Source: Plasmodiophora brassicae (taxonomy: Eukaryota). Taken from it: DNA of 64,000 bases. A model generated the notes under the pieces. It was not told the origin of the DNA, made no database searches, and saw only the letters and a list, made by a program, of their open reading frames with translations. Positions 34,713 to 44,810 of this stretch are shown here, piece by piece; within the stretch, counting starts at the first letter, position 1, and each line of letters opens with the position of its first letter. Both the position numbers and the translations under genes were made by a program. The stretch spans positions 744,001 to 808,000 of the forward strand of contig CP145412.1 in NCBI GenBank assembly GCA_036867785.1, written 5' to 3'.

Positions 34713-36708
34713 TCAGCGAACTCGAGCACGGCTGCGCCGCCTGCCTTCTGATGATGAAACCTTGGGTGCCCGCCGACGCGTGTCTTGTCTGGGCGGCCTG
34801 GCCCCCACGCTTTGCCGCTGCCTTGCCCACGGCGGCTCCCCATCTGCACGATCCCGAGTTCGTCGTTTGTCGCATGTCGACGACGACTCCCTGGCCCCCA
34901 CGTTTTGCCGCTGCCTTGCCGACGGCGGCTCCCCGTCTGCACGATCCCGAGTTCGTCGTTTGTCGCGTGTCGACGACGACTTCGCAGACAAATCGTCGCG
35001 TTTCGTATGCTGTTCGACGGGCCTGGGCTTGGGACGCTTGAAGAAGCGGTTCTCGTTACCGGAGAACACAACGGGGCCGTCTCTCTTTCGGGGCGAATAC
35101 ACCACTTTTGCAGATGGCGCCCGTTTGTAATCGGATGCTGATGACGATAACGATTCGATGGATTCGCCCCTCGCCATTGCGTTCTTGATGGCTCGAGCAA
35201 GGACCTGGTCACCTGCCGACGAGTGTCGTGTTAAATGATCCGATGAAACACAGCAAACCGTCTGGCATTACGCTTGGAAACGAACGCAACGACAACGCCG
35301 GTCGATCCTGCACGAGCCGTTCGACCCGCGCGATGCAAGAAATCGCACGGATTGAGTGGGAAGTCGAACATGACAACACGGGTCTTCGTCGGGAAGTCCA
35401 GCCCACGGAACGCGACGTCGCTCGTCACGAGGATTGACTTCTCGCCAGACGTGAACTTCGTAAAGTTCTCGCGACGCGTCTTTGGAAGGATGTCGCCATG
35501 CAAGCAAGCCGTCTGCAAGTGACCATGGATCAGTGTACCCAAGAGTGCGACGTTTCCGCGCGAGGCCATACGTTCGAGAAACCGCTATCGTGCAGGGCAT
35601 GATCGACTGCCCGACAGCTGTCGGTCGTGTTGCAAAAGATGACGACTGGATCATGAATTGGCCTCGTCGTCATTTGACGCAATGTTGATACGAGGACCTC
35701 AACCTTGTCCCTGGCGCCAATGCCGACGAAGTCAACCTATTGTCGTCAGTTAAACCCGGCCCAGGGCAGCATGCGTCGACGTACCGTCATCGCCGATGGG
35801 AGCCTATGCAACTTCTGTGACAAGACCGTTTCAATTCCGGGAAACCCGGCCTGCAAGTCGGCGACAACCTGCTGACGCATGGTCGCACTGACGAGGATAA
35901 ACTGAACGGGACCTCCCTTCGCTTTAGCTTTGAGATTACGGACGGGCGTCAGCAGCCCAGCATCCAGTTCGTCTAGGAACCCGCATTTCGGATCAAACAG
36001 CGTATCAGCCTCATCGATGACCACGAACTGGACGTCGCCCAAGCGACAGTCGCGAGTGTAGACCAGCTTCCTGATCCGGCCAGGTGTGCCAATCACAAGG
36101 TCGATAGGCGAGGACAGATCGGAACGTTGGACGCGAATCTTGGCGCCGCCCAACATGACTCGCACGCTCAGCTTCAGGTGGTGAGACAGCATCTTGGCAA
36201 CGTTCGCCACCTGGACAGCCAGTTCCCGGGACGGGACGACGACAACCCCACGAGGTTTCCCAGCACACGCCATCACACCTGTGAAGACCCTGTATTAGCG
36301 CACGCGATGATTCGAGCGTTTCCGGATTCCTACCCGTATCGGCATCAATGTTTTTGATCAGCTGCATGACAGGAGCCAGGTACGCCAGCGTCTTGCCTGC
36401 ATCGGGAAATACAATAGTTAGTGGCATTCCAGTCCATGATACAGACGTAAGCGCCCCGCACCTGTCCCAGTCTGGTCAGCCAGCAGGACGTCCTTGCGGG
36501 CGAGGACGCGTGGGATGACCTCGGCCTGTATCCAAGTCGGCGTCGCGATCTTCATATCCGTCAGCGCGTCGCAGACGCTCGTATTCAACCCGAGGCCAGC
36601 AAACGACGCTCTGTCTGCCGCAGTTGCCATACGTCGTAGGAAAGTACGCGCGACGCGCGACCCCAGACACCATCCGGCCGCAACAGCTACCCCGCCCATA
36701 CGGGGCAT
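34713..36708 (-). CDS. DEAD-box RNA helicase, probably mitochondrial, multi-exon
   Basis: Q motif PTWIQ, QTGT/GKT, VPSRELA, GTPGR, DEAD, SAT, FRGLDF, HRAGRTARAG; Arg-rich presequence-like N-terminus; basic C-terminal tail. Confidence 0.92.
34797..34980. repeat. 93-bp in-frame tandem duplication in the helicase tail
   Basis: SSSTxDKRRTRDRADGEPPxARQRQxVGAR occurs twice. Confidence 0.9.
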
Positions 36709-37148
36709 CACCGGCGACGACTGCGCGCGCCACGGGACTACCTGTACCAGTCAGCCGAGATGCAGCTCTCATCCGCTCACCAGTAGAGCTGCAGTTCGGA
36801 TAATTATTCTCCTCTGTGTGCAGCTGCGGTCCCGATCAGGGCGGCTCTCGGCCGTGCACGTGCAGTTCCGGACATGCCATGTCTGTGCAGCTGCAGTTCT
36901 GACTGACCAGGCCGGTCTGACTGATGAATTCTGATGGCGCAAGCTGCCGCTGATGATCAGGGCGCGCCCAGGGGTGGGATAGGCTCGTTGTTTCAAGCGG
37001 GGCGCCGTGTGATGGGGCCGATGGGTGATGACGTCACGGAGGATGGTGTCAACAGAGCTGCCGTCACGACATATCTGATGGCTCCCTGGCATGCCCTCTG
37101 CCCATTTGTGATTATTTGAACAGGGTCGAACGAAGGTTGGGTGCGACC

Positions 37149-38789
37149 ATGTGTCGCCCGCATGCACTTGTTATTCTATGCTGTACGACGGTGGCGCTGG
37201 TCGCTGCGGCCGACCTTGCTGGTGGTAACACCGGCGGGATGCCCATCGTTGTCAAGAATCCCACGAAGTCCAACGGTACGGTGGCCGACAACGCGTTCCG
37301 CTCAACTGTCCTCCATCTGAAAAGCGGGAATGCCACGACGACGGCACCGACACCAGCGCCAGTCTCGACTCGAACGCAGACGCCACGAACGCCATCGCCA
37401 GCACAAGGCAACTCGACGGCAACGGTTGCAGGCGTTCTTGCGCACAATGACAAACGTCAACGGCAACTGGCGGCGTTCTCCATTGTCGAGTGGACGCTCA
37501 TCTTCCTGGTCGCCCTCCTCGTCCTGGTCCTTGCCTCGACCTGGCTCGCCTACTACTTGTGGCGCACGCCGCGCTTGTCCCACAAATGGCCGCGATGGTT
37601 TGGCGTCCTGCTACTCGTCTTCACCATCCTCCTCCTGGGATTTGGCTTGCTGCCCGCTGCCGCACTTATAGCCCTCTGCGTCCTCATCATCCTCATCTCG
37701 GTCATCATCTACCTCGCCAGGTCGCACGAGGAACCCCTCCTTTACGATGGCGACAACAGCACCAGCCCGTTCCAGCTCGTTCGACGCCAGAAACGCATCG
37801 TCGTGGGCGTCACCATCGCCATCGCCCTGACCCTAATCGTCTTCTGCGCCGTCTACGTCCTTCTCCCATTGTACCAGCTCCGCGTCTGGGATCGGGAAAC
37901 GCAGTCGCCAGTCGTGGAACGTGCGCCACGTCGCCAGACAGCCGCTTTAGCCATGTTGTATGGCGTTCCGGCGTTCGCCCGGTTCTTCCGCCTGGACCAC
38001 CTTCTGAAGCTCACATCGCAGTGGGCTGGTGCCGACTACAACAGGACGCTGGCCGACGATGCCGACAAGCGCCGCGCGATCAACGACCCGTTCGTACGCG
38101 CGTATGGCGTCGACATGTCCCCGTACGAACGTCCCGACTATAGGAACTATTCGTCGGTCAACGACTGGTTCTCGAGACGCGTCCGGGCCGACGCCAGACC
38201 TATTGCATCAGGCGGCGTGATCGCGGCCGCTGACTCGCGCGTTACGGCCATCACCGCCATGGACCCATCCCAAACGGTCCTGCGTGTCAAGCAGGAGACG
38301 CTGGTGGCGAAGGACTTACTGGGCAGCGAATATGCAGGTGGGAATGACGATTTCAAGAACGGGGCCGCTGTGGTACATCGTCTGGCACCGCAGGATTACC
38401 ATCGCGTCCATGCTGCCGTTGGCGGTGTCGTCCAACAAGTGTACCAGGTGGACGGGTCGCCTCTGTCAGTGAACGAGATGGCATTGCGATCGTCATCGAA
38501 CCTGTTGCGCAACGAGCGTGTTGTCGTGGTCGTCAGGACGTCGTCGGGGAAGTCGATGGCGACGGTGGCGGTGGGCGCCACACTGGTCGGGTCGATCGTG
38601 AGGAAGGTGAACGCTGGTGATACGATCACACGCGGCCAGGACCTGCTGTACTTCCAGTTCGGGGGGTCGACCGTCGTGCAAATGTTCCCCGACGGCATGG
38701 TCCGCCTGGACGACGACCTCGTCAGCAACAGCGATGCCGGCGTCGAGACGTTCGTCAAGATGGGCACTCGGATCGCCACGGAACTCTGA
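37149..38789 (+). CDS. Phosphatidylserine decarboxylase (Psd2-like catalytic domain) with signal peptide and about 4 TM helices
   Basis: SVNDWFSR, AADSR, RLAPQDYHRVH, NER, VGATLVGSI, FQFGGSTVV (autocleavage GGST). Confidence 0.92.
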   Translation: MCRPHALVILCCTTVALVAAADLAGGNTGGMPIVVKNPTKSNGTVADNAFRSTVLHLKSGNATTTAPTPAPVSTRTQTPRTPSPAQGNSTATVAGVLAHNDKRQRQLAAFSIVEWTLIFLVALLVLVLASTWLAYYLWRTPRLSHKWPRWFGVLLLVFTILLLGFGLLPAAALIALCVLIILISVIIYLARSHEEPLLYDGDNSTSPFQLVRRQKRIVVGVTIAIALTLIVFCAVYVLLPLYQLRVWDRETQSPVVERAPRRQTAALAMLYGVPAFARFFRLDHLLKLTSQWAGADYNRTLADDADKRRAINDPFVRAYGVDMSPYERPDYRNYSSVNDWFSRRVRADARPIASGGVIAAADSRVTAITAMDPSQTVLRVKQETLVAKDLLGSEYAGGNDDFKNGAAVVHRLAPQDYHRVHAAVGGVVQQVYQVDGSPLSVNEMALRSSSNLLRNERVVVVVRTSSGKSMATVAVGATLVGSIVRKVNAGDTITRGQDLLYFQFGGSTVVQMFPDGMVRLDDDLVSNSDAGVETFVKMGTRIATEL

Positions 38790-38836
38790 CCATTACTATA
38801 CGAAACGTCGGGCTGTGTTAGTACTGTGCGATCGTC

Positions 38837-41800
38837 ATGCGTCAGCGGGTGTCGGTCAGCGTATCGGAGGCGTCGCCGCGGCCACTGGTCCTCTGCCGCT
38901 CATACGCGTCGTACAAGACGGCCGCTGTGTCCAATCCGGTCCCACAATCGTCGGCGGAACCGCCCCCGGCGACGCCGAGGCAGCAGCAATGTGCGGATGG
39001 CGATCATGTTCAACGATGTAGTAACTGATGTGCCGAAGGCGTCCCACTCGACATGGCCGACGTCGCTCGTGGGATCAAGACAGCAGTGTTGAGGGCGCAA
39101 ACAGCGACGCCTGCTAAAGTGCCAGTGGAGAACGCGCCAGACGAAGGGCGGCGCGCGTCGGGTGAATACCAGTTCGTGGCCTCGTTGTGCCAAGGATGTG
39201 CCTTCTACTGACACTTGTGGGACAGGACGCAGACGCAGGAAACGGCCAAGGAGCCTTCGACTGAATCGCTGAAATCCGAACTGTGCCAGCTTCGTTGGTG
39301 TTGGCATCCCGCGTCGTCAATCACCACGTTTCTCACAGTTTGCATTGGCCCAGGGGTCAGAAATCGTGCCGACGACGGCATTCAGCCTCTACGGGACATG
39401 ATCAAGCAGTCGGGTCGAGCACTGAAGTTCGCCCGCGCTGGCAAGAGGTGGACTTCCTGGAACGAGTCTGCTGCCCTTGTAGTGAAAGCGGGTTTGTCAT
39501 ACCTATCAGTTTCTCGTACACGATGGGCGTCAAGGACCAGCATTTGGTGGAGCGCGCGATCGACATGTCGCTGTCCAGCGATCTCCAGGAGACCATCCCA
39601 CGGTGCTGCCTCCCTGAGACCACAGCGCCTGCTGGTCCTGTAGGCACAGAGTAGTCCAGAGGGGACACACAATCCTGACCGCTCTGCATTGCCAGGGTGT
39701 GCTGTCACCGGTCAAGCCAGTCGCAGCTGCCCGACGACCTGGGAAACGGGACCCATGGCATTTGATGGTCGATTTGGACCCAGCCGATCCCGAATACGAA
39801 CAGATCTTCAACGAGCTCTGCGAGAGCAACTTGCTCATTGCTGCGAGCTTATTTGTAGGTACGCCTGCAACTGACCAGACCCCATGGCCTCACCGTTGCG
39901 ATAGAAACCGGTCGATGCCAAGGTCAGTTTGGATTACTGCGGGTAGGCGATGTCGGCATTGAGACGTTCTAGTCCATGTCTACGCCGCGTGGCAGGAGAC
40001 CACGACGAAGTGCGATTCTATCGATATCGTCGATCAGGGAATTAGATGTTGGCCTGGCTCTTTGAGACCTTTGTTTCGGTTACGCTCACTAGCGCCGGAT
40101 CGTAGGCCCAGTCAATCATGGCGAACCTCGGAAACGACATCACGACCATTGAGGAAGGCGAGGAAGACGACAAAGAGCGAATCCGAACCGCAGTCGACGC
40201 TGAGCAATCCGTTCGGACCCTCCCGTACCGTCGCTGTCAGGTCCCCAACGGAAGCCCATGTGATTCATAGGTGTACCGCCAATCCATCAAGTTCGATACT
40301 CTGAAGCTGAACCTGTGCGAGGCCCTGGCGAAACGAGTCAGTCGGTATGATCTGCCTGTTGTGGTTTCCAACTGATTCCCTAAGTAACTGGGTGCCGGGT
40401 GCCGGGATCAGGTTCGACACCGACCGGTCGGTCTCGGCGAGGACGAGAATGGAGGCATCAGATCGTCGGTTCCAGTACAAGTCGTCGGTACGTTCGGGGG
40501 CAGCGTAAGGCGATTGGGATGTAATGGCGGATTAGGCACGCGATATGAACGACATGCGATACACATCGTACCTGGAGAAACGTGGACGCCGTGCCGAGCG
40601 CAGGAAGAACTTCAAGAAGCTTGCAGAGATCTACGAACGCGTTAAGGGTACCTGGGGGACCGGCGACCAGCTGATGGCAGCGGCAAGCGTCCATGAACGC
40701 ACCATGATCCGAACACTGGCCGGGTTCATACACGGCCCGCATGGGGCCGATATCACGGCCGACCGCCTCGCCAACCTTCTCGTGCGCCTCGACTGTGACG
40801 TCCTTGTCGATGACCGAGCGCTCAAAGTCGTGTATGAATTCATGACAAAGGTCACTGCTGTGCAGATGAAGTACTCGATGGTATTGGCTGATACTGGCAT
40901 GCAGATTGGGATCAGCGACGCGGCCCTTGGTGCAGCGATCACGTCCACGGGACGTAGAGTGCCGAACACGCTTCTCGACATCTGCAACGGTCAGATTCTG
41001 ACGACAGCATGCTCCGATGGCAAGGAGCTCATCCAGGTCGTGTAGTTGTGAAAACGCAGGGTGCCAACGCGATGTTCGGCATGATGCGATCGACAGCGAT
41101 TGCCGGGCGGCTTCTTCGCAAGCAACGTGAAGTTCAACGTCAACGGCGGTCTGCACGCCCCGCAAACGAAAGTACCTACCTACGCAGAGACATGTGCTAA
41201 GCGTAAGTAAACCAACTTGTTCGATGCTCCTCTATTAGTGTCTGGCAGACGGACTACCAGATCGACATGTCACTAACATATATATATGTGGTCGAGCAGA
41301 GTACCGTTTCGCTACAGGTTTACTTTGAACAACGGTTCTCGCGCGTGTATCACACTGGTAAGCTCGACAATGGCACCAAAGACCTTGTTGTGACGAGTAC
41401 CGTTACGATGACGCTTTTCTACGAGAACACGCCATTGCTTAAAGCGTTACTGACAGATTGATGGGGGCGCCATGTACAGCTTATGTTACCTGTTGTATTT
41501 GCGTTCGAAAAAGGTGGATGGACGTGCATGTGGAATCTGACGAGACCCCAGATCGGCCAGGGCGTGTTCGCGTTTAGGCAGTGATGGCACGAATTCAGAA
41601 CGTGTGACGCCGTTTCCAGTTCTAACTGCGACATCGAATACAAACGGGCGTAATGCAGAGCGGATCGTCGTCGGAAAGGCCACAAGCTCAACCCCATTTC
41701 TCATTTCGAACGCCAATTTCGTGACTGTGTCTGCTCGCGCCCCTGGTCGTCATCCCTGCTTCCGTCTCAGTGCACTGCCGTGGCAACCTACAGCAGTCTG

Positions 41801-42558
41801 CAGTCACTCGCATCCGGTCTGACGCCTCGCAACCGTGCTGTTAACAGTGTGATCCTCATCATAGGTACAGCTATGCTGACATACGAACGACATTGGCAGA
41901 CGGGGCCGGATGCAGTATCACAGACCTGTATTGCAATTGAAGTTGAGGCAACGTTTATGCAGAACAACGGTCAAGAGCGTGACGTCAAGGAACAGCAAGG
42001 CCTTCCGGCAGTGGGACACAGCTAACGTAACGTTGTTTGTTTGATATAAACCGAGCGAGCCCGACTAACTTTAGGCCTGCATTGTAGATGGGGGTTCCAC
42101 ATATGCCTTCTAACAATAAGGCATCGAGAATCCCCGGCGGGGTGCACCTTTTTACCTGGAATCGAAAGGCGACGGGATGCCCCGGCACCTGGAATTTGCC
42201 TACATATTCCAAAGCCAAAAGCTTACCCACCTGGCATGCGTCGAACCGTGCGAAGAAAATGTTGTCGCGTCGTAGATGTTCATCTTTTCTGGAGTGCATT
42301 CAGATAACGACGTTGGGATATATATATGACGTCGTTGCTGACGGTCAGCAAGGATACGTCGAACCGGTTGGCGATACAGTCGATGCCGTTGAATACTCTC
42401 GACACATCGTCGAATATTTGTGCCACAGATCCGACCTCTTGGGTCGCTACGCAGTGGTACACTTTCGTGCCGATCAGTCGACTCGCACGTTGCGCCGGAA
42501 GCGCTACAAGATACTTCAGGCGCTTGAGGAAGTTGAGGTATGCTTTCCATCGGTTTAG
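38837..42558 (+). other. Probable multi-exon gene(s) of unknown function
   Basis: A chain of protein-like plus-strand segments bounded by plausible splice sites (e.g. 39699-39860, 40545-41045, 42304-42558); no recognisable domain. Confidence 0.3.
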
Positions 42559-42758
42559 GCCTTAGGGGCCGTCTGGCAAACCGAAACCAAAAATGGCTTT
42601 GTCTGAAACGCCGGTTTTGACGGCCATTCGCGGTGCCAGACGCTTGCGAGGTTTTGCAGCTCGAGAGATTGCATGTCGTGAATGCCGTGGCGGACACCGT
42701 ATGGCGTAGACCTCCACTAACCGTGATCTGCCCGACGGGCGCACTATCGAAAAGTGCG

Positions 42759-42764
<6 letters not shown>

Positions 42765-42789
<25 letters not shown>
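42765..42789. repeat. Poly-C tract (25 nt)
   Basis: Direct reading. Confidence 0.95.
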
Positions 42790-42946
42790 GACATGTGCGA
42801 CTTTTGGGCCCTCGCCACGCCGTATGTTATGGCACGGCCGCGACGGGGGTCGCGCAGCCGCGCAGTTTGAATAAACGTCCACGGCAACCGACGGCTTCGG
42901 CAGTCCAAATACACGATAGATTTGATGTCTTAAAATGCCTATTACT

Positions 42947-43156
42947 CCCTAATTGTCACAGCGCACGTTCCCCTAATTGTCACAGCGCACGTTCCCCTAA
43001 TTGTCACAGCGCACGTTCCCCTAATTGTCACAGCGCACGTTCCCCTAATTGTCACAGCGCACGTTCCCCTAATTGTCACAGCGCACGTTCCCCTAATTGT
43101 CACAGCGCACGTTCCCCTAATTGTCACAGCGCACGTTCCCCTAATTGTCACAGCGC
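42947..43156. repeat. Perfect 24-bp minisatellite, about 8.75 copies
   Basis: (CCCTAATTGTCACAGCGCACGTTC)n. Confidence 0.97.
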
Positions 43157-43501
43157 CAGTGTCTGTTGGGCAGTTACGGACTGCGCCAGTCGGGCAGTTC
43201 TGGGGCAGCTGCGGGGCGGCTGATCGGTTATATACCAGCAACTGCATTTGCGATGGTGGGTAGGGATACCGGGTCCGTGAACTGGAAGGACGGCGAGAAA
43301 TCGAAGTACCTCATCCGCCTGCTTCAGAAGCAGGCGGATCTGGGCAAGCGCGCCGGTAACACCTTCAAGAAGTGTCCATGCCAAATTCATTACGAAATTC
43401 AAGGTGGAATACTCTCTGGTTCGGCTGAAGAACCACTTCGGCTCGGTGGGTTATACATCGTCATTGCATGTCAACGTGATTTGATACCATGTTGTGCAGT
43501 T

Positions 43502-43785
43502 GAAAACGAAGTATTCACACTAGTCCCGTGCCCTCCTGGACTATTCCGGTTTCGGCTGGGACGACAACCGGAAGATCGCTACTGCACCAGATGACGTTTG
43601 GGAGAAGGGATTCGGCTGGGACGACAACCGGAAGATCGCCACTGCACCAGATGCCGTTTGGGAGAAGCTGATAGGGATATCAGCTTCTCCCAAACGTCAT
43701 CTGGTGCAGTAGCGATCTTCCGGTTGTCGTCCCAGCCGAAACCGGAATAGTCCAGGAGGTACGGAACTGTGAATACATCGTTTTC
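43502..43785. repeat. Direct plus inverted repeat forming a long hairpin (loop GGGA, 43674-43677)
   Basis: TTCGGCTGGGACGACAACCGGAAGATCGC... occurs twice forward and once reverse-complemented. Confidence 0.93.
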
Positions 43786-43866
43786 GGTTTCGACTTGCGC
43801 ATTGCGACTTGCGTGCGCAACATGGCGTGTGTCCGTGGCTGTATGACGAGACGGCAAAAACAGAAA

Positions 43867-43951
43867 TGCGTTCGGCAGGATTCGAACCTGCGCCCCCCGA
43901 AGAAGACTAGAACCTGAATCTAGCGCCTTGGACCAACTCGGCCACGAACGC
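43867..43951 (-). tRNA. tRNA-Leu(CAG)
   Basis: Cloverleaf GCGTTCG/CGAACGC, anticodon arm CTAGA-TTCAGGT-TCTAG, long variable arm, GGTTCGAATCC, downstream T-run. Confidence 0.96.
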
Positions 43952-44097
43952 AAGGCGACGTGTAACGTCCACGATTACTGCAATAACGTTCGTTTTCGCC
44001 CGAGCATTGGAACTGGTGACCTGCGTGACCTTGCATTTGGCTGACGACGGGAGGGCCATCATTAAACTCCAGTAGTCCTGTATTGAACGACCAACAT

Positions 44098-44619
44098 CTA
44101 TGCGTGTATCTCGAATTCGATCTGCTCCAATATGTCGTTGATTTCGTCAATGACGTCCGCCAAACCCCTTCGTACGACGCATTCGCGACAGAGCAATTCG
44201 GCATCGCGCACTTCCAGATCGTTCCCCGCCTGTGCACGTAACATGATTCGTTCGACAGTCTATAGCGGCGTCAGCAGCGTGTCCCATGCGGGTCGATATC
44301 CGCAATGGCAAACCAGTTCGAATTTCCGCTTCTCGCACCGCTGAAGCTGGGTGATCAGACGGCCCCAGGATTCGCCATCCGGCGTCGTGCTCAACCAGGT
44401 CGCCAGCTTGATCATCGATGTGCTCGCCTGCTGTATGTCGCGGCGCGCATCCTCGCACGCTGCCGCATACGCTCGGTCGTCCGTCCGACCGGTCCGCCAC
44501 TGAACGAACTCGGCGTCCCATCGAGAATACGCCCGCGCCCGACCCTCCTGCACATGCTTCACGTGGGCCAGGATACCCCGCACGGGCATGCCTTCGTGCA
44601 CGCCGTCGACACCGCTCAT
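44098..44619 (-). CDS. REX1-B domain protein (DNA repair REX1-B family), 2 exons
   Basis: VQEGRARAYSRW...LITQLQRCEKRKFEL / TV...LADVIDEINDILEQIEFE fits the REX1-B pattern as recalled. Confidence 0.65.
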
Positions 44620-44810
44620 CGGTCACGCGGTGTCCGCTCCAGATCCGCGTGATGGCGCTGAACGCACCGAAGACGCCGCCGGCACCTTGTCGCGCGGCGA
44701 CCTGTTAGCGGAACCAGGGCGATGACGATCCGAGGTGCTTGTCGCGTGAGTCAGATAGGTACACTGTCGTCAGGCACGCGCATCACGTTCCCGCAGATGG
44801 TCAGCGCGAC

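Larger units (their letters stand above)
42565..43785 (+). mobile_element. PIF/Harbinger-like DNA transposon relic (left end + degenerate Myb/SANT-like ORF1)
   Basis: TTA followed by GGGGCCGTCTGGC (Harbinger-like terminus); from 43253 W.DGEKSKYLIRLLQKQADLGKRAGNTFKK...LKNH..LKTKY..SGFGWD...TAPDDVWE, with a frameshift and a stop; no transposase or right TIR seen. Confidence 0.75.

Noticed and set aside
33767-35212. 481-aa ORF as a single gene
   Set aside because: Its 5' half overlaps the DEAD-box last exon in another frame; only the part from about 34543 looks like an independent gene
42947-43156. 24-bp repeat as a CRISPR array or a coding repeat (SPNCHSAR / AVTIRGTC)
   Set aside because: Units are contiguous with no spacers, there are no cas genes and the context is eukaryotic; open frames follow from a stop-free 24-bp period
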